Assembly (NCBI GenBank): GCA_026770705.1
Contig: JANJGN010000018.1
Span: 80,166,001-80,230,000, forward strand
DNA length: 64,000 bases
From: Isurus oxyrinchus
Taxonomy: Eukaryota
Direction: 5' to 3'
Numbering within the stretch: the first letter of the stretch is position 1; each line of letters begins with the position of its first letter. Made by a program: the position numbers and the translations under genes. Of the stretch, positions 53,088 to 64,000 are shown one piece after another. The notes under the pieces are model-generated. The model did not search any database. It worked only from the letters and a program-made list of their open reading frames with translations, and was not told where the DNA came from.

Positions 53088-56000
53088 GGGCGGAATTTTA
53101 TGCCAGCGGGATTTTACAGTCCTGCAGAAGTCAGTGGAGTTTAGAATAACTCACTGCATTTTATGGCCTCATCCCCACCGCGATGGGGCTAGCATTTGTT
53201 GTCCATCCCTAATTGCCCTTGAACTGAATGCATTTAAGAGTCAACCACATTGCCGTGGGCCTGGATTCACATGTAGACCAGCCAGAAGATGAAGGCCGAG
53301 AGCCAGACCAGGAAGGCAGCATCCAGCTGCACGCACCAGGCCCTCCATGCCTTGATCAGAGGTTGGGGGGTGGGGGGGTGTTGCGGGCAGGAACACAGGC
53401 AAGTGCTCTATCGTAGGGATGGCTACAGGAAGCAAAGTAGCCTCCCCTTGCTGGCCTGGAAGACTGTGGCAGAGCAGGTCAGCAGTGCTGCCACCCATGC
53501 CCAAAGTGCCACCCAGTGCAGGAAGAGGATGAATGATCTCATCGCTCCGCCAAGGTAAGTCACCCTTCAACACCCTCCAATATCAAACTCTTATCTCGGC
53601 ATCCTGCACTCAAATGGTTACTCTCTTCAGGGATCTCACACAACAATTAGAGGGGGACACATATCAACACTCATTATCTCACCAAGATCTTCACATCACT
53701 ACCATCCCATCCATCATGTTGCTCACGCTCCATGCTCTGGGCCTTCTAGAGAGGGCTCACCACCCACAGGGGACATGCATCTCACCCAAACTCTGCTCCA
53801 TCCCCTCTCATTACATGCCTTTTTTTCTTCTTCATACAGGCCAAGCTGGCATACAATAGGCACGAGAGATCGCAGGCTGGGGGGAGGGACAGCCAACATC
53901 ATTGCCCTCACTGAGTTTGAGAAGGTTGCAGCTGAGCTGGCTGGGGAGGACAGGGATCGCTCCTGTGGGGGAGGAGCGATTGGCCTCTCCCACCAACTTC
54001 GTATGGATCACAGCTCCGTCACCTTATTACATCCTGACATTCACAGTGAGTCACGTTTAGTTTTATCTAGCTCATGCTCATTAGCTGAAACTCTATTTTC
54101 TAGGCATCAGCAGATTAGGGCCCCCAAGCCAGTGCAACACCATCAATGCGAGCCCCCAGATTTCATCCGAGGAGGAAGCTCTGGAAGAACTGTGATAGCA
54201 TTCACATGCACCCTTCACATAGATTAGGCTCAGGGTCACTGTCTGGGGAACACCTCACTGATACATCCCCGCAGGAGTCGGAGGCAGGGACAGCCCAGGT
54301 CTCAACACTCAGAGGGCTGCTGGAGACCAGCCACCCACTCGGCCTGAATCAGATGATGAGCCGCTGGAAGCAGCCTCCAAATCTATGCTGGAGATGCAAC
54401 ATCAGGCAGCTGAACATCAGGCAGAGTTTCGGCACTCACTCAGCAGACTAGAGCGAAGAATGGAGGAGTCCGTCTTCGTTCTGTCTGATGTCATGGCTCC
54501 GACATGTGAGTGCCTTGAGGTCACCATGCAAAGCCTGTCAACCACCTAAGAGACCTTGGTCCAAGAGGTCTTGCCAGATTTATGCTGGGCCCTGCACTCC
54601 ATGGCCATACACCCTGGGCTCTATCCGGGTGTAGGTCACATGGGGATGAGGCACTTTGACACCCCTCCAGGAGTCAGAGTGGGGCTCTTGGGCACCCACA
54701 AGGGGGGAGATCAGCAGCAGCCAGACACCCCAGGGGCCACCACTCAGGACACTCAAAAGAGTGTGCAGCCACTCACAGCCCCCTCTGCATGTGACCCTAC
54801 CCACTCCAGCTTCTTAGGCCACCAAGGGTGTTTCTGCCTCTGAGCAGGTGACCTTTATCAGACCGGGACCCTCCAGGCCTCAGGCCACCAGAGAACATCT
54901 GCCAAGGTCATCACAGGCATAAGGATGTGGCAGCCAGCAGGCTGCCTCCACCTCTGCTGCAGATGTTGAGGCTACAGCCAGGCGTAGCATTGAGTTAGAA
55001 AAGCTCAGAAAAATTGATGTCACTTTTGAGTCACAGGTGTGCTAGACATGTAAATAACTTGCACTTTTGTTGATACATTTGAGGTTATGTGAACGTTCCT
55101 GTCAACTGAAGGCATTGTGATTTTATACTTTGGAGCCTTCTTACTTCGAAGTTTAACCTTCCTCCCACTCAGTGAGTATCAGATTTACATTCCTTTGATG
55201 TCAGCCTGAGTTGAACTAGTATCCACACCCCTTGTGTGATGGCAGGGAGATGTTTTTAAATCTTTATTAGAAGTGTGTGATGTAAGCGTTTCTAACCCTT
55301 CTTCCTCAGTGAGGGCAGCTTATCAGTATTAATAATCTAGCCGCATGTGTGCCTCCTCAGTGGTAGTGGCAGAAGAAAAGACATGCACAGGAGGAGGAGA
55401 TCCCTAGGCATGTCCACATCTCAGTCGTAGCAGTGTTTGCATCACTACATGGTAACGAAGGCTTCAAGTCTTCTCTCGCTTCACTCTTGGTCCTAAGTGG
55501 GCTCTCAATTCCCAGAGTGAGCTCACTCACAGGACCCCATGAACCAAAGCAAAGATCATGGCCTGGTGATTCATGAGGCAAGTGTGAATGCGAGGCTCAT
55601 TCTCGCTGTAAGTGGGTGGACATCCCCTGGGTTGAAAGAAAATGGCATTGAGGGCTAGGAGAGATGTGGCCATATTCCATCACTTAACTTTTCTCTTCCT
55701 GGAACCTGTTAGTGATTAATGTATCATGGGCATGTCTCCCACATCTTCCTTCTTCCATGGTGTGATCATGCTCATATGGACCCTCAGCAGCTTCCTGAGA
55801 TTCTCAGGCCTCCTGATGTTCATCCTCTGATGAGCTGTCATCCTCCTCCAGGTCACTACATGGCTGAAGGGATCACTTTTGCATAGCCGGATTGTGAAGG
55901 GTGCAACACACAGCGATGATGTGGGAAACCCTGTTGGGAGTGTATTGTAGTGAGCCACCTGCGTGGTCCAAGCATCTGAGGCGCATCTTCAAAAGCCCTA

Positions 56001-57290
56001 TGTTCTGCTCTATAAGGGATCATGTGGAGCTGTGAGCAGTGTTGTACCTTTCCTTGAGTTCTGAGGGCAACTCACTGGCGACATCAGCCAGCGTTTCAGT
56101 GGGTCTTCCTTATCCCCAAGCAGCCATCCCTGCAGACGTAACGGCCCCTCGAAAATCTCAGGCACCTGGGAGTGACTCAGAGTGTAGGAGTCATAGTAAC
56201 TCCCAGGGCACCATACATAAATGTTCAGTATGTGCTTCCAGTGATCACACGCCAGTTGTACATTGATAGAATGGTAGCCCTTGCAGTTTTTAAATATTAG
56301 GGGTTGCTGCCATGGAGCCTGCATAGCCACATGGGTGCAGTCTATTGCACGCTGCACTCTTGGGAAGCCTGAGATGGCAGCAAAGCCTGTGAATCTCACA
56401 GCCTGGCCATCTTCATCCAGAACGAACCTGACATAATGATGGGCCTTCCTGCAAAGGGCATCTGTGACGTCCTTTATACATTGTCGCGGACTGAGAGATG
56501 CCACACAGGTGGCCTGTTGATCCTCAGAAAGAACCAGAGGCCAAGAAATTGAGTGTAGTGGTCACCTTCAAAGCCATTGGCAGGGGATACCCTCCAACTC
56601 CACTTGGCATTAGGTCTTCATGAAGAATGCAGCATATGTGATGTATCAGGTCTCGGGACAAGCGCAGATGTGCACGGCATTGCCTCTCACTCATTTGTAA
56701 ATAGGAGACTCTTGGATGATAAACCCTAGGTCTGGTGATTCGCCCCAGTTGTCTGGGTCTCTTCTCCTGACGCTCCTGTTCATGCTGTAGCTCCACTTGA
56801 CCATGTCCCTCAGGTATGGCCTCCTGTTGGAACTGCATGTGGAATCACCTCTCCATCCTTCCCCTCCTCCATTGTATTCAGACCCTGACAAAGGCAGCAT
56901 TGAGATCTGAATCCATATGTGCTTTTGCCTTCTCTCTGAAAGGAAACATTGAAGACATTAACTATTCAAGGGGCAGGAAAACAATGCTCAGAAGATGAAA
57001 CGTATAGAAACAGTAAGAGTCCATAGCTCTTCCTGCCCTACTTGCATGTTGCTGATGCCGCCTTGTCCATGAGACACTAGTACACACATTGAGGTGACCA
57101 AGATGATATTGCAGATAAGTAACATCTTGAGCCCTGTGTGGGATGCTGAGGTTTAATTGAGATGAGTGACCCAACCTAGCTCTGTGCTCCAATCTCTGAT
57201 GTGGCATATTAATGACCAATCAGTTGCTCAGTGCGAATGAATGCATGTCCTTTGGCCCATTAGGAGCATCACATCTGGCGAACATGTGAC
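53088..57290. mobile_element. Degraded autonomous-type Harbinger: Myb/SANT gene (+, ~53289-55000) convergent with DDE transposase (-, ~55700-56900)
   Basis: Left TIR GGGCGGAATTTT. ORF 53289 AWKTVAEQVSSAATHAQSATQCRKRMNDL. ORFs 56010-56504 (GFPRVQRAIDCTHV...KGYHSINVQLACDH...WLLGDK) and 56524-56838. Right end not located. Confidence 0.85.
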
Positions 57291-57299
57291 AGGCCTTCA

Positions 57300-57774
57300 T
57301 TGATGGAATGCCATATATGATACAGCTTCACTAGTTTCATCTATGTTTTTTTCATTGAGGACTTGCTCAACAATAAATGGATCACTGGAGACCACATCAG
57401 AACTAACAAAGAGACTTATCCCAGCTATCTTGCATGGGATGACAACTCTTTTGAAAGACTTTAGTGTATTGTCATCCCCAAGCCTAAAGCATGTGGAACT
57501 TTCATACTCTTTAAACTTATGCCAATCTTCCTTGTCAAGAGATTCCAAGAAGCAATTGAGTCAATCCACCCCATACACTGAAGAGTTGCAACCGCTATCC
57601 AACACTGCATAGTTAATGAATCAGTGACCAAAACATTCAACCATGGACTCAATTTTCCAGTAACCAAGATAATTCCTTCGAATTGTCCATTTCATGTGTT
57701 AGGCCAAAGACTCAATTTTTGTACTTCAGACACTTCATTGCGTAATGATATTTGGAATCACAATGAAAACACAT
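57300..57774 (-). mobile_element. LTR-retrotransposon gag-protease remnant, probably Copia (GalEa-like)
   Basis: CCHC knuckle CFHCDSKYHYAMKC (57774-57730) and protease AVLDSGCNSSVYG...FRLGDDNTLKS...VIPCKIAG...SDVVSSD. Confidence 0.6.
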
Positions 57775-58284
57775 TGTTAGGGGGAAATAAAGGAATACAA
57801 TAATGGTCAAGGGACTTGACTTAAAATATCCCAGCATGCAAAACCACACTTGCTAAGTAGTTAACATTTAAAGTTCAGGCTGGGGCAGAGAGAATGCTGC
57901 ACTTTGTACACCCTCAGGGTTTGCAATCACCAGCAAAGTCCTGGGAGTTAGCCTAGAGTCAGAGGGTAGCAATAACATAGATTAAGTGTGCTCTTCAACA
58001 GATAGGGGAAGGACAGATGGTCCCAGCATAGATAGGAAGGCAGGTCTCTGCCTGGGTGAAAGTAGGGTTACTTTTGTACCAGAGACCCATCTGTTTAATG
58101 TAAACCTATATGTTGATGAGATAATGATGAGATCAATAATGTATAAATATGTTGAATACTTGTAGTTTAGCAGAGTACTGTCTCAAGCTGCATTGAGATG
58201 GTGCCCTCCTTGCAATTGCTCGAATAAACGATCGTAACCTGTACCTGAGTCTCCTGTGGTCCATTCATCAAAGACACCACAACA
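57775..58284 (+). repeat. 5' LTR of an endogenous retrovirus
   Basis: Ends TGTT...AACA, TATAAAA at ~58142 and AATAAA at 58223, immediately followed by a PBS. Confidence 0.82.
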
Positions 58285-58286
58285 AT

Positions 58287-58304
58287 TGACGTAGTCGGCA
58301 GGAT
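58287..58304 (+). promoter_or_regulatory. tRNA-Ser primer-binding site; candidate major splice donor GG|GTGAGT at ~58340
   Basis: TGACGTAGTCGGCAGGAT matches TGGCGTAGTCGGCAGGAT (complement of the vertebrate tRNA-Ser 3' end) at 17 of 18 positions. Confidence 0.85.
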
Positions 58305-58679
58305 ACTTGGATCGGATCCTCGGCACGGCTCTGCAAAGCGGGTGAGTATATTTATTTACCATGCATAGTTAGTGCAGTAGGCCTACCCAAGAACGGTCCG
58401 ATCAAGTATTAAAGTATCAAAGAATCAAGAGGAGGACTCAGGACAGGAAATAGGAGGCACAAATGGTAATAGGTGGAGCCATGCAGGTGGGCTAGTGGGG
58501 CCAAAGCCGTGCAGGAAGGCCAGACCATTACCCAGTTGAGAGGAGGCAGAGCCGTGCTGGCGTGGTTACAGTTTGAAATATAACCGTAGCCAAAGCCGCG
58601 CAGGAAGGCCAGACCCCTGTTAAACCATGCATACATTCCTCAGATAACTAAGTTGTTGGGACCATGTGAACATATCGTA

Positions 58680-59640
58680 CAGAGATAGATGAAAAAATAG
58701 GAATCAAATGCTGTCAGGGAAACAAAATGGGGCTATGGAACTCGACTGGGGAACCACGGACTCCATTACGAGGTTCATAGCGGAACAACAGTCAAAATTA
58801 ACCACTAAAAGGCAGAAGGAGGGGTGGAACCCACAGGGAATCCCCGGAGAACAAAAAAGGTGGTGGTTAGAGCAAAAAAAGGATAAGGAAAAGAAAGGGA
58901 TGATGGTTATTATCACACTGTATCTACAGTTGTGCAGATGGGTTAATACTAAATTCCAGTCGATTAGAGAGAAAGAAACAAAGTCAGATCCAGGGAGGAT
59001 CAGAACAGTGGTGGCAGCAGCCTGCAGAGACACTGATCAAGAGGGAGAAAGCCTCCGAAGGAGAAACCTATGAAGGAGCTGAGGCAGTTCCGCCCTCATA
59101 TGAGCCAACCGCCCCAATGTGCCCATTGAATCCTATGGCCCCTATAGCAGTAACCGTTAGGAAAAGTAAAGTCAGGAAAGGCAAATTGAAACCCAAAAGG
59201 AGAAAGGGGGGCTGAGGAATAGGGGGAGGATGAAGAGATTGAGAGGGTTACGGAGAAAGTTAAGCACGTACCATTCAGCCCGAGGGAGAAACAGGTTTTG
59301 CTTAAAGAACTGCTGACACTTAAAACTCGGCATAAGCCAGATTTTTGGACCAAACTGCAGGAAATGCAAGATTTCCATGCAATGCACCCCCATGATCCCA
59401 GGGGATATTTGGGGAAGATTACCCCTGCAGTTTAGGAGTGGAGACTGGGTGAAACCTGAGGATATCCCAGACCAGGAGAAGGCAACAGACCTGCACAGGG
59501 AGCTTGAGAGGGCAGTCAAGGAAGCCTTGGGGGATGGAGAAACAAATTGGGGGTGTATAATGTCCCATGCGGGATGACGAGATTTTCCTGAAAATGTGGA
59601 AGGATAATTGGGACCTGAAAGGTCCACTACTCAATTTTCT
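58680..59640 (+). pseudogene. Degraded gag-like region of the ERV
   Basis: Lies just after the PBS. Broken ORFs 58708-59073 and 59377-59577 include KHVPFSPREKQVLLKEL and ALGDGETNWGCIMS, which look capsid-like. Confidence 0.55.
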
Positions 59641-61679
59641 GTAACTTAAAAAAATGAATTGATCTAAATTACAAGAGCTGCTTGTGCTGGAGAGAGAGCG
59701 TGAGTCAAAGAGAGAAAAGGGGCATACCCCTAGGGGAGTTAATAAGCACTCCCAGGCAGGGGAAATGTGAGCTTTGATAGTTTGATTGTCCCTATAGGTG
59801 GAGCCTTCAAGATCCCTTTATTTCCCCCGCTGCTATTTGAAGTTTCGTTTAGAATATGAGAGTTTTAAGTCGTTAATTTAAGGATACAGGAATATAAATA
59901 CGTACTTCTAAATGTATGTTTGTTTGTGTGCAAGAAAGCATTTGTATGTAAGCTTTAATGTGTTTTCTTCTAGAAATTGTTATTTGTGTGTGCAGTTCAG
60001 CACTTTAGGGTTGAAAACCCCATGTTAGATTAAAGGAAAGGTATACTAAAGCATTCCAAAGTTTTGAGTATAAGGTTTGAGTTGAGATTTCTGGCAAAAA
60101 GGGTTGCAACTTGAAGGTATCATGAAGCTAGACAGGGTTAGATGAACCAACCTTTGTACCACCCCCTTTGCAGATTAGCATCACCAACTTCCAAGTTGAT
60201 TGGGATTGATATATACGAGTTACATTAACTCATACGAGTTAAAATTCTGAAATTCTGAGGGGAAAAATTACCTGAAGTTCAAGAGATTCTAGGAAAACCA
60301 AAAGGAATAAACACATGGTCTAGGTGGTTCCTATGGATAAAAATCTTTTGATGAGATGAATTAAATATGAAAGGAAATCTGCATCCCAACAGCACTGTAA
60401 TTTGAATTTGGGACAATCTTGAGGTGTAAAGTGCAGTATAGTTTAGAAGATTACTTTTGAATCAGCAGGATGCTATCTAAGATAAAGAATGTGTTGATAA
60501 ACATACGGGAATTATAACTTGGATACAAATCAATACACATAAGAAAGAGGTAGTTTTAATTTTGGTAGTGTAAATTACAGTTCTTACAAAGTTTAAAATT
60601 TGAGGTTTGGTTCGTGATGATTTCTCAAAAGGGAATTTTCATTTTAAAAGGTTTGACAACAATTGACACTAATTCAAATGCTGCAAGCTTTTGTATTTGT
60701 AAGTCTGTTCCCAAAATGTGAAGCTAAGCTAAAGACCTTGACAAAGTTTGGCAGAAATACAATTTTTGGCCGAGTTAATGAATCTGGGATAATTCTGAAA
60801 GAAACAGGTCAGACACAGTTTAGTGGTTACTTTTGAGACAATAAAATGTTGTTTGAGAAGAAGATAAGGAACATGTCAATGTCTAATTTCTGTTTTTAAA
60901 ACTGTTATGAGAATACTTTATTTATTTTAAAGTCCCTCCAAGTAACCTGAACAAGATAAGATGGTAGCTGTTGCATGTGTAAAATGGTATGAGGCAAGTA
61001 AGAGAATGAATTAGGGAAAGAGGACATAATGTACAAACTGTTTTAAGGGAAATGAATTTGATAATCTGGCCATCAACTGAGGCATTGGAACTGCACAGGG
61101 GGAGATAAGCAAAGATCTAGAGACAGAGATCCCTGTTGAAATGGAATAGTTAATATGGCCTAAAGAGTAAGGAAACATTTTAAACAATCAAGACAATAGA
61201 GAAACTGAACTCAAGAGAATCTTAGGATGGTCATGGTCAGGAAAAAAAAACTTAGGGGTAAAACTATTCAGAATCTGTAGTTCAGGAATTGAAATGTAAA
61301 GAGAAATAATAATTAACAACAATTTACCACAAGATGGATACAGGTAAAGGGAAAGCTGGAAAAAGGCTAAATAGATGTATTACTGATTATATTAATGTGC
61401 CTGCGAGCTACAAAAAGTAAGACCACAGGATTAACACCTTGATGACAGGCAGAGTTAAGCAGTTCCCAGAGAGAACCATTACTGGAAGTGAAGATACTGA
61501 GCCATTGAAAGATGGGATAAGAAGGTGCATTGTTGAGTTGTTTAAGGAATTGAGGTCTGACATGAGACAGCAGCAGGAGAGAGTAAACTGGAAGGAGTGG
61601 GGGTGCCTACCCAGATGGATTCAGAACAGGGAACTCATTTCACAGGAAGAGTCATTAAAGAAATGTACAAATTTAAATA

Positions 61680-62040
61680 TAAACAGAAATTCTACATTCC
61701 CTACCAGCCACAGAGCTCGGGGATGGTGGAAAGGATGAACTGAACTTTTAAAAAAAAATCAATCACAAAAGCAATTCAAGAGACAGGGAACAGCCCAATA
61801 TTCTAATGTGCCTTAGGGGCTACCCCAAGCAGGACCGCCAGGTTCTCCCCATTTGAAATAATAACAAGGAGAGCAATGCAGTTACCCGAGGGAATCATAG
61901 TAGTAGTGGGAGATGTAGGACCACTAAAAAGGAAGGGTGCGAGACTATGTGAGGGAAATAAGTAAGCAATTGCATGAGTTAAGGAAGGAAGTCAGAAACC
62001 AACAGGTGATTAAAGATATGGAAACAGGCAAATCCAAAGA
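61680..62040 (+). pseudogene. ERV integrase core / C-terminal fragment
   Basis: KFYIPYQPQSSGMVERMN...ILMCL/ATPSRTARFSPFEIITRRAMQLP. Confidence 0.8.
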
Positions 62041-62089
62041 GTAACAATTGACCAAGCAGTAACCTGGAGGACGGGAGCCGACGTTAATG

Positions 62090-63865
62090 TCTCCACAGAT
62101 CTACGATCCTGGTCATGGGCATATCAGTACTCAACAAGGTCGGGGATGATCACTGCTCATCCCGCTCCACAGGAGGAACTTTGGCACAGCATGAACAGCG
62201 CCGAATGCAACATGCAATGGGGAATGAAAAATGTAACAGTAGGAGAACAAGTGCTTTCAAATTGTAGTAAGGGTTTGCTTCAGATCAGACATGGGAGGTC
62301 CACCCAAAAGAAAAAATTAGTACCACTACCCAGCCACCTCCCACACCTACTTCCACAGTCCGAGTAGAGATAATTGAAGCCTTTCAGTCCACACCGACTG
62401 ACCCACATTGTCCAGGACCGATGAATGGTTTGGTACTGGTTAATCAGAGGTTTTATATGATAATGTACACCATGAGCTGGTACTCGTAGTCTTGAACATA
62501 TCCAGTATTGCCCTGCCCCAGTGGTACCCAACCCACACCCAATCACTCTATAGAGCTCTGACAGGCCAGCTGATGGCTGAAGCGGTTCAGTTTAACGGCG
62601 GGATGCGATCAGGCCCAGAGGGGGACCGAGACAAGCGCAGCCTGATAAAAGACGCTGCCACGTTATTCAATACAGGGACATCAATAGTTAATTCCATTGA
62701 CCCAGCAACTGTTGATCAGAAGATCTGTACCCTGAGCTTTAAGCTTAAGGAGATTTTAGGGCGGGGACAGGGGATCCCGGATACACAATTAAATACAGAC
62801 CAGGACGTGACACGGTTAATTCGAAGCCTGGCTACTGTGCTTGAAAGTTATGCAGGGACTATCAATAAATTAACTGAGAAAGGGAAAAATATTTCAGGCG
62901 AAGCGAGCAGAAATGATTTTTGCAGCACCTATGGATCTTGGGCTTTGGAACAAGCCTGAGAGAATTTAAGACAGATTAATGACGGGGTAGTTCCTTTATG
63001 GGTAACTAATGCGCATTTATTGAATCTCTCACAACACAAGCATCATGACTTGACCGGTTGCCAGCTCAAAGGTTTAACGCATGTATATAGAATGAATGTC
63101 GAATATATAGTGAATAGTAATAAGCTAATAGGCATTGTATTAGTAATACCTGTCATACCTATGTCAACACCCGGCAGGACATTATATAGAGTAGAAAATA
63201 TTGGGGTTATACGGGGAGATTACTATATTAAGTATCACAATATTCCGCCATACGCAGTAGACATAGAAGGAAATATAGTTAGCACCACATTAGGAGGGTG
63301 AAGCATAGAAGTCACTGCAGTAGTATGTGCATATCCGATATATGAGACGGAGGAAGCAAAGTGTGGATTTAAAGCAGCCACAAACTGTACAATGGAATAC
63401 TATATGAGTTGCAAAAGAACCGATCCATGTTGCATATACAGGGAATGGGAGATATTGTATCACCACGTGGCAGGTAAGAATCCAGTATTGGGGTAACCAG
63501 ATATGCCCCATCCATAATCATTCAGTGTGCCTACATCCATAGGTGCCAGCAAGGATGGGGAAGGTGGAACTGGTTGAAATATACAAGAAAGGAATGACTA
63601 CTATTCAGGTCAAGGAAAGCCTTAAGGATAACCTGACAGTATTTGAACCTGTTCTCCTATGAAATTCCCCAATTATCAGAGCATCTCACCGCAATTCGGA
63701 GACAGGCTGAGCAGATATACAGAACTTACTATACACTGCAGCAACAGGTTAGACCTTAAAGACGGATATTGAACAAATAGATTCTTCAACATGGTGGGAG
63801 GATCTGTGGCACTGGGGCTCGAATGTACAGATACACCTCTGGATTCGGATTATCTCCCATGCTCT
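62090..63865 (+). pseudogene. ERV env: class I fusion protein resembling paramyxovirus F / spumavirus TM (lokiretrovirus-like); disrupted and 3'-truncated
   Basis: Furin site RDKR|SLIKDAATLFNTG (~62640), heptad region, IGIVLVIP...LYRVENIG, Cys-rich VVCAYP...KCG...NC, GNGRYCITT and Trp-rich WWEDLWHWG. Confidence 0.75.
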
Positions 63866-63915
63866 CGATCTTGGGGTTACAAACCCAGTACCATAACCAC
63901 TCGGCCATTAGGGAG
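63864..63915 (-). mobile_element. tRNA-like SINE head fragment at the env breakpoint
   Basis: Minus strand reads TAATGGCCGAGTGGTTATGGTACTGGGTTTGTAACCCCAAGATC: an A-box plus an anticodon-arm-like segment, with no T-arm. Confidence 0.5.
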
Positions 63916-64000
63916 GGCACGGAGGTAGAGAGTGAGGAGGGGCCCATAAACTAATGAGGGAAGACAGCTGTTGGCATGCCTGTCACCGTCTTGCTAGCGG

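Noticed and set aside
55716-56838. Host HARBI1 gene
   Set aside because: It is frameshifted, paired with a Myb/SANT gene and lies inside a TIR, so it is a transposon copy rather than the domesticated gene.

Overview
Repeat-rich vertebrate genomic DNA. The retroelement mix (CR1 with octamer tails, L2, Tx1, Penelope, tRNA-derived SINEs) points to a cartilaginous fish, probably a shark (inference). No complete host gene is visible. The only host coding sequence I recognise is four DNA-level copies of the terminal exon of an NXPE3-like gene (8.2 kb +, 25.4-27.2 kb -, 30.7 kb +, 35.9 kb -). Each copy carries a lesion and no upstream exons are visible. The rest is nested mobile DNA: Tx1, CR1, L2, a LINE that appears to begin with a tRNA-derived head plus its SINE, Gypsy remnants (Mag-like and Gmr1-like), a Copia-like remnant, PIF/Harbinger elements and MITEs, and Penelope fold-backs carrying hammerhead-like motifs. 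The last 6.2 kb is a degraded endogenous retrovirus with a tRNA-Ser primer site and an env resembling paramyxovirus F / foamy-virus TM (lokiretrovirus-like). All calls come from reading the sequence by eye, and boundaries of degraded elements are approximate.
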